Part shown: positions 45,716 to 59,757 of the stretch, one piece after another
Numbering within the stretch: the first letter of the stretch is position 1
Layout: every line of letters begins with the position of its first letter
NCBI GenBank assembly: GCA_964016885.1
Contig: OZ024747.1
Span: 61,876,001-61,940,000 of the forward strand
DNA: 64,000 nucleotides
Direction: 5' to 3'
Origin: Eledone cirrhosa
Lineage: Eukaryota
Notes under the pieces: generated by a model
The model's database searches: none
Told to the model about the DNA's origin: nothing
What the model saw: only the letters and a program-made list of their open reading frames with translations
Program-made: the position numbers and the translations under genes

Positions 45716-48366
45716 ATATATATATATATATACACACACACATAGACACACACATACATACACATGGATATACACACACATACATACATACATAGATACA
45801 CACACACATACATACATACACACATGTAGATACATAGATACATACATTGATACACATTTGTTATTTTTGAGCAAGGATCCTTCCATTGATTGCAAGCTAC
45901 CTACTTAAAAGATATTCTCAAGTAGGACACATGTTGGAAGATGTGTTGAGATGGAGGATAGATCTAGTTAAGGATTACATGAGAGAAGGGGGGAGGTAGA
46001 TAGGGGGGGGGTAGAGAAATTGAGAGAGAGAAAGTGGGAAGATACAGGGTGGATGAGGGAGTGGCAAGATAGAGGAAGGGGCAGAAGGGGAGACAAAGAA
46101 AGGGAGGGAGAGTGTGGAGAGAGAGAGAGAGTGGGAAGAGAGAGAGCGAAACAGAAGGGGGGTGTGAGAGGGAGAACATAGGGGAAATAAATAAATAGAT
46201 AATACAAAAAAAAAAAAAAAAGAGATGGAGTGAATGATAAGGAAAAATGAAGGGAAGACATTGAAGAAGTGAAGATGTCCAGATACTTGATAATGGAGAG
46301 AGAAGGGGGTAGAGAGAGAGGAGAGAGGGAGAGGGGAGAGGAGAGAGAGAGGGGAGAGGAGAGAGAGAGAGTGAGAGAGGGGAGAGGAGAGAGAGAGAGT
46401 GAGTGAGTGAGTGAGAGAGAAAGGAAGAAATAGAGAGAGAAAAGGAGAGAGATAGAGCTATAGAGAAAGGAAGAGATTGAGAGAGAGAGAGAGAGAGAGA
46501 GTGAAGAAGGCCATAGATATCGACTGAGTATAATTGTGGCGGCCATTATCATTGTAGTAGTGGTAGGAGTTCAGTAGAAGCAGTAAAAATGTATTTGGCG
46601 TTGGCAAAGTTATCTGTCTGGAGGCGAATTGAAGAGATAGGAGTTTCTTTTGATTGGCTATGGTGCCTCATATCCCCTCTCATTGCAGCTTATGATGAAG
46701 CAGAAAATACAATTCACTTCTCTAATAAGCATTATCAAAGCAACTTTTATTATTTTACTAGCTGCCAAGCCAACCAAACAACCAGCTAATGATGGAGTCA
46801 GTCACTCACATTTGATCATTCAAGATTCAGTCGGTTGACCAGAAAGTCAAGACTTCTTTTGTTTGTTTTGTTATTGATAAAAGCCAATATTTGTCTGTTA
46901 GCCCTTTTCATACAAACTCATCAAAAACCAACTCTGGTTTTATAAAAGAAAACCAACCATTTCAAAGAGTTTCTATTTAACACTTTAGTATTTATATTAA
47001 TCTCTATATACTATTATATTTTTGTTGTAAAGGCTTTGCCTCACATAATATCGAATCTATGAGATTTTAATATCATTTATTTTGAGAATAATACCTTAAC
47101 ATAAGTATGAGCAGCCAGTTATGACCAGTTTGAACAGAAAGAGGTGAGAGAATTCTGGCTGAATACAGCTAGTTGAAATGCTAAAGGGTTAAATTGAAAC
47201 CCTATATTTTAACATAGATTTTATGTTAATTCCATCTTAATGAAATAGAAATTTTAGTAAATCTGTCTCCAACCCAATTCATCATTAAATAATTAAAATA
47301 TAATATATTTCATTAGAAATATGGAAATAAAAGGGTTAACCATTTTGATACCAACATGGCCAAAACTGGCTCTGGTTCTATGAAACAAAACCACCCGTTT
47401 TCAAAAGTTCCTATTTAAATCAAAACCTTCCAACATGATTTTGTTGTTACAAATACCAGTATAATGACAGTTTTATTTTAGTAAATCTTTCCCCAATTCT
47501 TCATTGTGTAACTACAATAACAAATATTTAATTAAAGATATGGTAACAAAATTAGTGCTGGTACTATAAAACAAAATCACTTATTTTAAAAAAGGTTCCT
47601 ATTTAAATTAAAATTTTCCACATAATTTTATATAACAACCATATGTTAAGTTACTATCTTAGTGATAAAATTATAATCTTAATATATCCATCAAAATTCT
47701 TTACTAATTAATTGAAGTAGTGTGTATTTCATTAGAAATATAGTCATAGTCAGTTCAAGATGACAAAACATAGCAATTTCATATTTTATTGTTTAGTTCA
47801 AAATGGAAGGACAGTATGTCTGACCCTTTTCAAGACCTCCAAGATCAGTAAATGGGAAGGAAGGAGGAAGGTATCCTCAAACCAAAAGTACTATGGTTTG
47901 TTTGAATATGGAGCAAGAAAGCTCTTTATTGTGAGTCCAACACCCTAAGCATTGAGCCACGTTCTTTCACATGTATATGAAACCTCTGCTATGTATTGCC
48001 AACCTCTGCTATAGCATGGTGAATGACCTTAAAACACTATTCTTGTTGTTATAATGCCTCAGGTAATACTAACAATATATGCGACACCAACTCATTATTA
48101 AATTAGAAAGACTGAAGTAAAAAAGCCAACATAAACAAGTCAGATAACTAACAAGTCTAATTTTTTTATTGATGTATTTATTGAAAAACACCAATATATA
48201 TTGGATCATTTCAATATTTCTGTAAATTTAGAGGCAAAAAACCTCAACAAAGATAACATTCTACACACACACACACACATATATATATAAACATATACAT
48301 ATATACATACATATACATACATATATATATATATATACATACATACATACATACATATATATATAG

Positions 48367-48400
<34 letters not shown>

Positions 48401-48416
48401 ACATACATATACATAC

Positions 48417-48447
<31 letters not shown>

Positions 48448-48458
48448 CATAAACATAC

Positions 48459-48493
<35 letters not shown>

Positions 48494-49089
48494 CATATAT
48501 ATAAACATACATATATATACATACATATAAACATACATATATACATATACATACATATATACATATATATAAACATACATATATATACATACATATAAAC
48601 ATACATATATACATATACATACATATACATATATATATACATATATATATATACATACATATACATACATATATATATATATACATACATATACATACAC
48701 ACATATATATATATACATACATACATATACACATACATATACATATATATACATACACATACATATATATAGATACACATACATATATATATACATACAT
48801 ATATATATACATACACATATATATACATACACATATATATACATACACATACATATATATACAGACATATACATATATATACATACATATACATATATAT
48901 ACATATATATATACACACATACATATATACACACACATACATATAAACATACACATACATATATACATACACATACTTATATACATACACATACTTATAT
49001 ACATACACATACTTATATACATATATACATACGCATATATATATACATACACATATATACATACATATATACATACATACATATATCAC

Positions 49090-49129
<40 letters not shown>

Positions 49130-49774
49130 AGGTAAAACAAATGTTAAATGATAATGATCATTTAAAGACATGAAAGCCCTGTGGATGTAAATCATGTGAG
49201 AGTGTGTATGTGTGTGTATATACATGTGTGTATACATGTGTGTGTTTGTGTGTTTACACACTAATAATATATACAGGGAATACACACTAACAAATGCATG
49301 CATATATACAGACACATTGATGCATATATACAGACACATTGATGCATGTATACAGACACATTGATGCATGTATACTTCTGAGTATGTATATATGCGTAAT
49401 ATTTTCATGTAAATACATATTCATACTATTTGCTACACTAGCAAATACTGGCATGTATATATATACACAATCATGCATATATAGCCATGTGTGTGGTATA
49501 TAAATTGAATGGTTTTAAACAAAATCAATATGAGCAACAGGAAAATATTGAAATTATTTCAACCAGCCATAAAAGTTTCCAAAAAGAACAAGAAAAAATT
49601 CATTTATATACATACATGTACAAATATTCCTATTTATATACAAATACATAAATACACAAACAATATCTATATATGTATACATACACAAAGTCTCTCTCTA
49701 TCTCTCTCTCTCTATAGAGAGAGAGAGAGAGAGTGAGTGAGTGAGTGAGTGAGTGAGTGAGTGAGTGAGTGAGT

Positions 49775-49847
<73 letters not shown>

Positions 49848-49851
<4 letters not shown>

Positions 49852-50335
49852 AAAGGGGTGAAGAGTAACATGGTTGGCTGTACAATAAGGTCTTTATTTA
49901 AAGTACTGACAATGGTTTCGTCGATCAGGTGAGTCTAGATTTCGCTAATCACTTGAGGTTGCCTCACTCGATCTCCAATACATTATTTACTTCTGGTCAA
50001 TACATCTACGTACTGTGATGTGTTGGCCAGAGGTAAATAATGTATTGGAGATCGAGTGACGCAACTTCAAGCGATTAGCGGAATCTAGACTCACCTGATC
50101 GACGAAACCATTGTCAGTACTTTAAATAAAGCCCCTTATTGTACAGCCAACCATGTTACTCTTCTTTCTTTAACTATTATTACTCCAAGTATAACCTGCA
50201 TAGAAATTACTGCAAACTCGCTGCCTAACTATGGAAACATCTTGTTGAGTCAAACAAAGCCGTACGTTAAAACTATCCTCGATGCAGAGTACTCACAACC
50301 TCTAACTGGATTACCTCTAACGATAACTTGTTATC

Positions 50336-50338
<3 letters not shown>
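49848..50338 (+). mobile_element. Fold-back cassette with hammerhead-like 3' half and non-canonical 5' core
   Basis: Arms 49848-50006 and about 50015-50174 plus a 165-bp tail ending in a TA tract. Contains CGAAACCATTGTC-AGTAC..AATAAA. Confidence 0.75.
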
Positions 50339-50378
<40 letters not shown>

Positions 50379-50381
<3 letters not shown>

Positions 50382-50786
50382 TTAAGAGTTAAACAAGGTT
50401 CAATGAATACATCAAAGAATGAGTTCTACAATAGATTGGAAGCACTCAACAGTAAAAAGGTTTTCCAGAGTTATTAATATTAATTCAAAATATTAACAAA
50501 ATAGATATTCTTGTGATCAATTATATTTTATTATACATATTTCAGAGGTACTGAGTTAAGTTCAACAGTACGTCCTCATCAGATAAAATAAAATGATACA
50601 TGATATACCCTGACATGACTACCTTGATTGAATCTTAACCATCTACCATGTCAGGGTATGTCATGTATCATTTTATTTTATCTGATGAGGACGTACTGTT
50701 GAATTTAACTCAGTACCTCTGAAATATGTATAATAAAATATAATTGATCACAAGAATATCTATTTTGTTAATATTTTGAATTAATA
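50379..50786 (-). mobile_element. Fold-back cassette with two intact hammerheads (minus 50526-50588, plus 50676-50738)
   Basis: TTTTAT-CTGATGA-GGACGTACTG..CAGTACCTCT-GAAA-TATGTA-TA-ATAAAA in both arms. Same family as 21829-22138, in the opposite orientation. Confidence 0.9.
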
Positions 50787-50797
50787 CATATATATAT

Positions 50798-51135
50798 GGA
50801 GGCACATGGCTTAGTGGTTAGAGCATTGGCCTTGCAATCGAAAGGTTGTGAGTTCAATCCTCAGACCGGGTGATGTGTTGTTTCCTTGAGCAAGACACTT
50901 TATTTCACATTGCTCCAGTTTACTCAGCTGTAGAAATGAGATGATAGGACTGGGGTCCCTATCGTTCCACTGCAAAGTGGTCGTGGAGGTGCCACGGCAA
51001 GAAAGCACCCAGCACTCACTGTAAATGAGGTTGGTGTTAGGAAGGGCATCCAGCTGTAGAAATCAAGCCAGAATCAGTTCCCGTCCCACCCTTGCAAGCA
51101 GGGAAAAGTGGACATAAAATGATGATGATGATGAT
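50798..51135 (+). mobile_element. Full-length tRNA-derived SINE with RTE-derived 3' tail
   Basis: A box TGGCTTAGTGG, B box GAGTTCAATCC, central domain, then about 50965-51135 matches the RTE 3' UTR at about 43630-43903, ending in (GAT)n. Confidence 0.85.
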
Positions 51136-52764
51136 ATATATATATAGAAAGACAGTATATCACCATCACCATCATCATCATCACCATTTAACGTCCATTT
51201 TTCCATGCTAGAGGAATTGTCCTGCACCTGACCTGGTATTTCTCACTATATATATCATCATCATCATCATCACCGTTTAACGTCTATTTTCCATGCTAGC
51301 AAGAGTTAGATGGGTTTGTGTGTGTTTGTTGGGCCAGGTGACCATATCTTGCTCATATAGAACTGTTTCTGGCTAGATTTCTACAGTTGGATGTCCTTCC
51401 TAACGCCAACCGCATTTACAGTGTGTGCTGGATGCTCCCCCCCCCCCCCCCCCCCGTCTCCACTTTACAGTGTCGGCTCGGTGCTTTTTGTCGTGACACC
51501 TACACAACCACTTTATAGTGTGGTCTAGATATACATACGCACACACACATACATAAAGACACTATATGCATACACAAACATACACATATGTACACACGGA
51601 AAGTGGACATTAAATTATGTATATGTGGGTGAGTGTGTGGCAGAATGGTTAAGAAATTCCCTTTGCCTGGAACCTTAGGCAAGTATCATTTACCATAACT
51701 TCATGTTGACACATGTCTTGATTAGGATGCGGAAGTGCATGAAAGAGGGAAGGGGAAGGATCTCCCTGATAATTATGTTTAGGGCTACAAGCGTATATTG
51801 AATGCTCAGACACTAGCATATGAATTTCACAAGCGGGCTGTCCCTTTGATTGAACGATGGAGGTCCATTTTACCTTATATGGGCATGTGTAAATATATAG
51901 GAAGAGAGAGAGAGAAAGAGGGGTGTGGTGTTGAAATGGGGATAGAGATGGGGAGGATGAGGTGTGTTTGTGTGTGTGTTTGGGTGTTTGTGTGTGTGTT
52001 TGGGTGTTTGTGTGTGTGTTTGGGTGTTTGTGTGTGTGTTTGGGTGTTTGTGTGTGTGTGTTTGGGTGTATGTGTTTATGTGTGTTTGGGTGTTTGTGTG
52101 TGTGTTTGGGTGTTTGTGTTTATGTGTGTTTGTGTGTGTGTATGTGTTGTGTATATGTATATGTATATGTGTGTGTGTGTGTGTGTGTTTATGTATGTAT
52201 GTTTAGGTGTGTGTGTGTATTTGAAGGTGTATGTGTTTGGGTGTGTGTGTGTATACCACAAATGCAGTCAAGTGAAATGCAGTATGGGACATCCGCAGTA
52301 ATAAAGTCAAACGCTACACTGCGTGTAGATTTAAATTTAGCACTTTATGAGATCATATATCAATATTTATCACAAAAATATAGAAAAATAAAATAAAAAT
52401 ATTTTATTTTAATTCTTTTCATCATATTTTATGAATATTTATTAGATGTATATTTGATGTGTATTTGATGTATATTTTATATAAATTTTATATATATTTG
52501 ATGTATATTTTATATATATTTGATGTGTATTTGATTTATATTTCTCAGTTTTTACATGTTCAATATCACAATCACAACATGAAGGACAGTGGCAAAAAGT
52601 TTACAAATTCAGCAGGTTTCACTCTTACTTTAATGTTTTGGCATTAAAGCAATATATGTGCTTTTGTAGATATGTGTATGTGTAAAAATATACACACAGA
52701 TGTGTGTGTATATATTATATATATATACATACACATACACACACAAATATATATATATATATAT

Positions 52765-52811
<47 letters not shown>

Positions 52812-52880
52812 TATATACATATATATCCATACACACACACATATATATATATATACACACACATACATATACATATACAT

Positions 52881-52944
<64 letters not shown>

Positions 52945-52995
52945 CATACATATACATATACATACATACATACATATATATACATACACACACAC

Positions 52996-53042
<47 letters not shown>

Positions 53043-53399
53043 CACACAAATATATATATATGTGTGTATGTATGTATAAGTTTATGTATAAAAATACCCA
53101 CAAACATGTGAGTAAATTTATATGTATGTATGTGTGTATGTGTATATGTGTGTGTATATATAGTAATGACTATATAGTAATGTATAAATAGTTAAGATAC
53201 TGACAATTGTTCTGGGAAAATATGATAGTGTTGTTCAATCTAACCATTTTTTTACTGTTAACATCCCATAACGATTTAGCAGAAAATGTCTGTTAATTCA
53301 AATGTTTGTTAATTCAAATGTCCATGGTATCTTTACCGATGCTGAAAGTTTGTAGTATTAGAGTGAAGGCTTTAATTTTTAATGTGATGCAGTCATAGT

Positions 53400-54440
53400 G
53401 TAACTCTATAAAGTGGCAGTGCTGGTGCCATGATAAAATGTACCCAAGTAATTTTATAAAGTGGTAGTGCTGGTGCCATGATAAAGTATGTACCCAAGTA
53501 ATTTTATAAAGTGGTGGCAGTGCTGGTGCCATGATAAAATGTACCCAAGTAATTTTATAAAGTGGCAGTGCTGGTGCCATGATAAAGTATGTACCCAAGT
53601 AATTTTATAAAGTGGTGGTGGTGCTGATGCCATGATAAAATGTACCCAAGTAACTTTATAAAGTGGTGGCAGTGCTGGTGCCATGATAAAGTATGTACCC
53701 GAGTAATTTTATAAAGTGGTGGCAGTGCTGGTGCCATGATAAAATGTACCCAAGTAACTTTATAAAGTAGCAGAGCTGGTGCCATGATAAAATGCACCCA
53801 GTATACTCTGTAAAGTGGTAGTCCTGGTGCTATGATAAAATATACCGCCTACTCTATAAAGTGGTGGTGGTGATGTCAAGATAAAATGTACCCAAGTAAC
53901 TCTATAAAGTGGTAGTGCTGGTGCTATGATAAAAAGCACACAGTATACTCTGTAAAGTGGTGGTACTGATGTCAAGATAAAATCCACCCAGTATACTCTG
54001 TAAAGTGATGGTGCTGGTGCCATGATAAAATGCACCCAGTATACTCTGTAAAGTGATGGTGCTATGATAAAATGCACCCAGTATACTCTGTAAAGTGATA
54101 GTACTGGTGCCATGATAAAAAAATAAATTACACAGTACACTCTATAAAGTGCCATTGCTGCTGCCATGATGAAATGCACCCAGTACACTGTGCAAAGTGA
54201 TAGTGTTGGTGTCATGATAAAATACAGCCAACCCACACTGTAAAATGATAATGCTGCTATCACAATAAAATACACCCAGTACACCTGCAAAGTTGTTGGC
54301 ATTAGGAAGGGCATCCAGCAGTAGAAATGAAATGTATGAACAAGATGTGTTCATCTTATCTATCTAGTCTCAGCTCATGACAACCTGTCGAACCCATGTT
54401 AGCAGGGAAAACAGACATAGGATGATGATGATGATGATAT
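53400..54440 (+). repeat. Diverged 45-54-bp minisatellite ending in an RTE/SINE 3' terminus
   Basis: Unit about GTGGCAGTGCTGGTGCCATGATAAAATGTACCCAAGTAATTTTATAAA, followed by GTTGGCATTAGGAAGGGCATCCAGC..AACCCATG..(GAT)n. Confidence 0.82.
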
Positions 54441-54468
54441 AGTAGGCTGTTGAGGGAAGATAGATTAC

Positions 54469-54724
54469 CTTTTACTGGTTGTTACAGAAGATGTTTCCTG
54501 AGTATTGCTCGACACTTTGGTATTGTCATTGAGACGGTTAGTTTCTGTGGCTGATAGTTCTGAACTTGAGAAACTGGCACTTCGCTGGACATGAGTGATC
54601 GGGAAGGCTGGCTTTTCAGTTGCATTGATAGGGGGGGGACTGTGATATGATGTGCTGTACATTGGGTTACTTGACATGCGAGTCAACACACCACCAGGAG
54701 GTAACGAGTCCACTTCGCTGGGAT
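54469..54724 (-). CDS. RIC1: RIC1 coding exon (DPSEVDSLPPGG..TTSKR)
   Basis: Polypyrimidine tract and AG at 54725-26, GT at 54467-68, phase 1 to 2. Joins the 42397 exon in frame and corresponds to the low-complexity linker before the HARxLL block. Confidence 0.8.
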
Positions 54725-56411
54725 CTACGAAAAGAAGAAGAAATTAATTAAAAAATTAATAATAATAAAAGATAAAAGTAAATTTGAAAAAGTTTTATAA
54801 ATTAGGGAACTTCAGCTGGAAGACCCCAGTGGTGACCCAGCAGCAACACAAGGACACTTTATACAACAAAGAAGTCACTATGTAATCATTTGACCTGCTA
54901 GAAATGGCAAGTACATTTTCTCAATTACACCTTGTACGTATGTATGGACCTGTAACCCCTGATAGAGTCACAGGGGCATCATATTGACATAGGGCGTTTC
55001 TTAGTCATCTTTTAAAACAAACCTGGCAGAGATGTCCACTAGAGAAGGACAGAGAGTGAGAGAATGAAAGTTATAAAGAGATATAGGAGAAGAATCAACC
55101 CCAGTACTTTTTATGGTACTTTATTTTACCAACCTCGGCAGGATTTGAGAGCAGAGAGCTGGAACAAATACTGAAAAGTATTTTGTCTGATGTTCTAACG
55201 ATTCTGCTAATTTAATGCCTATCAACCACACCATACCACCTTTTTTTAAAAAAAAGGACACATTGAAAAATGCAATCCTGATTACAGTGTCTTAACAGAA
55301 GATGAGGCAGTTATGATCAAAAGCTTTGACCAAAGGTCTGTTTTATGAAAACTGACCTGAAGCTAAACAATAACAAAATCCAAAGTATCAAAAAAATGTT
55401 TTTAAGAAATGAAAAAGAAAAAAAGACATCCAATTTACAGCCTGGGTCCTATACCAGATGGCCTCATTGAGTTCTTGTGCAAGAAATTTCAGTCCACACT
55501 GCTTTTCATGACATGACTGGGGCCCTTATCATTAACACACTCAAGAATCCTCCTGTGATGCAACATCACAGAAAGCAAGCTAAAGATGAATAGGTATGCA
55601 CTAGGTCTGGGGTCCTTATCATTAAAACAACCAAGAAACCTCCTATGAGTGGCAACCACGTAGAAGGCCAGTTAAACCTACATTTCAATGTAATGTTAGG
55701 AATAATAGCAGTAACATCACCAATAAATGTATGAAGATGGGGAAGAATATATTTATTGTAACATCCTGGAAATGGACAGATTTTCTGAAAATATCCGATG
55801 CCTGGAAACCATGGAACACATCAGACAAAGAACCAGAGATCCAATATATGGAATTTCCTAAACAACACAGCTATTAATTTGGTTGTGATTCCTACAATCA
55901 ATTGAGCAAAGACAATCCTTAGTTTGTGGGAACTACTGAGAAAAGACCTTAAGTGGTTATTAAACAGACATACAGAAACACACATAGATTTACACACAGA
56001 CATAGACACACAGTCACACAATCACAGATACAGACACACAGACATACAAACATGTATATAAATACAGACATACATACAGACACATACATACAAACCCACA
56101 CATATAGATACAGATATACACACAGACTTACAGACACACACATACATAGACATACAAACACACACACACCCATATACCTATATAAACACAGATATAGATA
56201 CAGACATACATACAAACAAACATACACAAACATATACATGCAAACACACACAGACAGACATATACATACACATAAATATAGATAGACATATGCGCAGACT
56301 AACACATGATGCAAACATATACATGCTAACAGACACACACACACAAACACACAAATAGACATACATGCAGACACACACAAAGACACAAACACAAATACAG
56401 ACATACATGCA

Positions 56412-56447
<36 letters not shown>

Positions 56448-56808
56448 AAGGCAGACACATACACAGACAGACACACAGACAAATCTAGAAATAGTTAGAA
56501 ATACATGAAGAGAAGGGGTTCTACTTATAAAAGTACTTAGGCTAAATATGCAGGCTACTTATCAAAATAGCAATTAGTTACTTGGCATAGAATGGAACTT
56601 CCTCATTAATCATCATCACTATTATTATCATCCTCATCCAACCTCTTCATCCTAATCCAACATCTTCATCCTCATCATCATCCTTGTTCTTGTTAGCCTG
56701 GTAAGATAAGGGTAGCTTTTTAATGTCTTACCAAAGAGCTCTTTCCAAAATTTTGATTTACAAAACACTATTGTTCCTGCAAAGTGAGTGTTTGCTAAGT
56801 TTCTTTAA

Positions 56809-57027
56809 CCCTTTAGCATTTACATTACTCTATAAATACTATTGTATTTTCATGGTAAAGGCTTTATCTCACATAATTATCTCATAATATCGAATTTATG
56901 AGATTTTAATATTATTTATTTTGAGAACAATACCTTAACATTGGTATGAGCAGCCGATTACAACTGGTTTGAACAGAAAGAGGTGAGAGAATTCTGGCCG
57001 GATACAGCCGGTTTAAATGCTAAAGGG
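56809..57027. mobile_element. piggyBac-like MITE (219 bp)
   Basis: TTAA|CCCTTTAGCATTTA ... TAAATGCTAAAGGG|TTAA. Further copies near 19222, 33836, 34281 and 46977. Confidence 0.82.
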
Positions 57028-57562
57028 TTAAAGTATATATATATATATAATTATTCCATTACCAAAGGTTTCAAGAGACCAGACGATCACTATATATTGA
57101 AAATATACACATTAAGGTCTTTATTGATTATACATATTTACGACCGTTTCAAAGATGGGTGGCTCAGGATCTACTGAACCACCTTTTATTATTATAGGTA
57201 CGGAGCAAGGTATCGTGTGGCTGATTCTGGCCAGAATTATCTCCCGATGTGGACATCCCGTCTGATCAATGGAAAATGGAGGTTAAACGGTGATGATAAT
57301 GATATGTGTAGAAATATCTGTAGGTGTGACAAAAGGCAAACAGTGCTCAATAGGGAGGAGAACTGATATATTACATTATTTATTTACGTTCTGGAGATAT
57401 AATCAATATTGTGCCTTGAAACCTTAGGTAGTGCTTTTGTTCCATGTATGAACATAAATATATAAGAGATGTCAACATGAATGGACCTTTTATTTTTATC
57501 TAAAGACATTTTTTCCAATTCCACCCTGCCTGTCTCTTCAATCTATCTTATTTCTCATTCTT

Positions 57563-57668
57563 TCTTCTGATGAAGGACTAGTGTCTGAAACAGTATTTCA
57601 AGCGTTAACCTAATATATTCCTTCCATATACTGTGCCGATTGTTATTTCTGTTTACCTTTTACATACA
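57563..57668 (+). mobile_element. PLE-type 3' end with partly deleted hammerhead
   Basis: TCTT-CTGATGA-AGGAC-TAGT-GTCT-GAAAC followed by a deletion. A sister copy at about 44062-44180 retains GGAC-TAGC-GTTC-GAAACGTTAAGA and the same tail. Confidence 0.65.
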
Positions 57669-58334
57669 CATATGTGTGTGTGTGTAGATAGATACATAGA
57701 TAGATTTCTTTATTTGCCACAAGGGCGCACAAAAAAGGGGACAATACAAAGACATGCCAGGGATTTTACATAGTCGTGTAAAAAATATAAAACAAACAAT
57801 TATAACAATCGAAATCCCCAATAGGAGGGGGGGGGGAGCGCCACAAATGGGTTGTTTAATACCACGTCGATAGAACAACCCTCAACTTCGGGAGTGTGTT
57901 GTGCAAGTGCTCCTTTCTTCCTTTTGCTCTCTTCTTTAACCTACAGGCTTATAAACAGAGAAGGCCCAATCACTCGGGCCATTTTGGGCCTTCTCTGTTT
58001 ATATGTAGATAGATAGACAGATGTGGCGAATTGGCAGAGATTTTAGAACATCGGATAGAATGCTTTATGGCATTCATTCCAGCTCTCTGCTCTCCGAGTT
58101 CAAATCCCGTTGAGGTCAACTTTGCCTTTCATCCTTTCGAGGTCGATAAAAAAAAGTACCAGTCTAGTACTGGGGTCGATTCTTCTTTTCTCTGTAAGAA
58201 ATCTGCTGTAATCAGGCCTGGAGAGGGATGGGATCCGCTAGGCTTTAAAGATGCTCAAGAAATGCTGTATGTCAATACGGTGCCTGCCACTACAACTATC
58301 AGGAGTTACGGGACCATACATATATACACATATA

Positions 58335-58598
58335 TCATCATCATCATCATCATCGTTTAACGTCCGTGTTCCACGCTTGCATGGGTTTGGACGGGGGTTT
58401 TCCCACTTGAGGAAAGATTGGTTGTCTTGCTCGCATAGGACTGTCTGGCAGGTTTTCTACAGTTGGATGCCCTTCCTAACACCAACCACATTTACAGTGT
58501 GGGTCTGGGAGGTTTTTACCGTGTTGCCTACACGGCCACATTACAGTGTGGACTGTGTGTTTTTTTGTCGTGACACCTACACGATCTCATTTGTTTCG
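58335..58598 (-). mobile_element. RTE 3' UTR fragment
   Basis: Near-identical to 24386-24650. Confidence 0.88.
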
Positions 58599-58672
58599 GA
58601 TATATATATATATACACTCACACATGCACATATAGATGGATACAGATAGATACACACACGCTATAAACATAC

Positions 58673-58721
<49 letters not shown>

Positions 58722-59051
58722 ATAAGAGAGAGTGGGAGAGAGACGTGTATTTAAATGTTCAACTAAACACACACAACAATTAAAGTGTAATTCATATGAA
58801 ATTTCACATGTTTTCCAACTTGTTGGAGATTTCAAATATCAAATTTCCTAAATAGATAGAATATCAATATGGCAGTATCAGATGAAACATGTATAGAACC
58901 ACATGTGTATGTAGGAGTGTGCATGTAGGAGTGTATTTGTACAAGTATGTGTACATGTACACGTATGCATGTAGGTGTGCATATGTTCATGTATGTGTGT
59001 GCAATCATACATATATCAGTATGAATATATACAAAACCACAAACACATGCG

Positions 59052-59109
<58 letters not shown>

Positions 59110-59757
59110 TGCATATAAAAGAAGAAAAGATGAATCAATGTTATTTTCAATACATAGATTAAAATATTAAAACGCACACACATATACATATATGCACACA
59201 CACATATATATATACATGTACACACACATATACATATATGCACACACATATATATATACATGTACACACACATATACATATATGTGAATATATATATATA
59301 CATATATATATATGTACACATAAATATATACATATATATAAATATATACATACACACACACACATATACACATATATATATACAAATATATATGCACACA
59401 CACATATATATATATATATACACATGTAGCCTGTCATAGTGGCCTAGCGGTAGGTACTGGAGATTCTGACTCCGGGTTCAATCCTAGTCAAGAAGTACAT
59501 GTAATCTTATTCAGTATTTCTCATCTAACCCATGCTAGCGTTGAAGAATGGACATAAAACAATGATGATGATGATGATGATGACATATATACACACACAC
59601 AATTGTGAAGGGGCCAGAGCCGCTTGATGACTAAATCCAACCCTGATTACATGCAGAGTATGAAGAGGGTCTAGGGGAGGGAAACATTAGGTAAAGGGGC
59701 TTTAGAGAATGTGTAGTATTAGTATACATAAAGAAGAAACTCAGATGAACTAGACAT

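Noticed and set aside
46589-46838. Short plus-strand ORFs as possible exons of another gene
   Set aside because: No recognisable motif or supporting partner exons, and RIC1 exons 54469 and 42397 already join in frame across this region.
57135-57198. Minus-strand hairpin plus GAAACGGTC hammerhead half (a similar half occurs near 34710-34757)
   Set aside because: No CTGANGA strand or convincing stem I; at best a decayed remnant.
59432-59492. tRNA gene (A-box and B-box-like sequence)
   Set aside because: Too short for a full cloverleaf and followed by an RTE-like tail; more likely a decayed SINE head.
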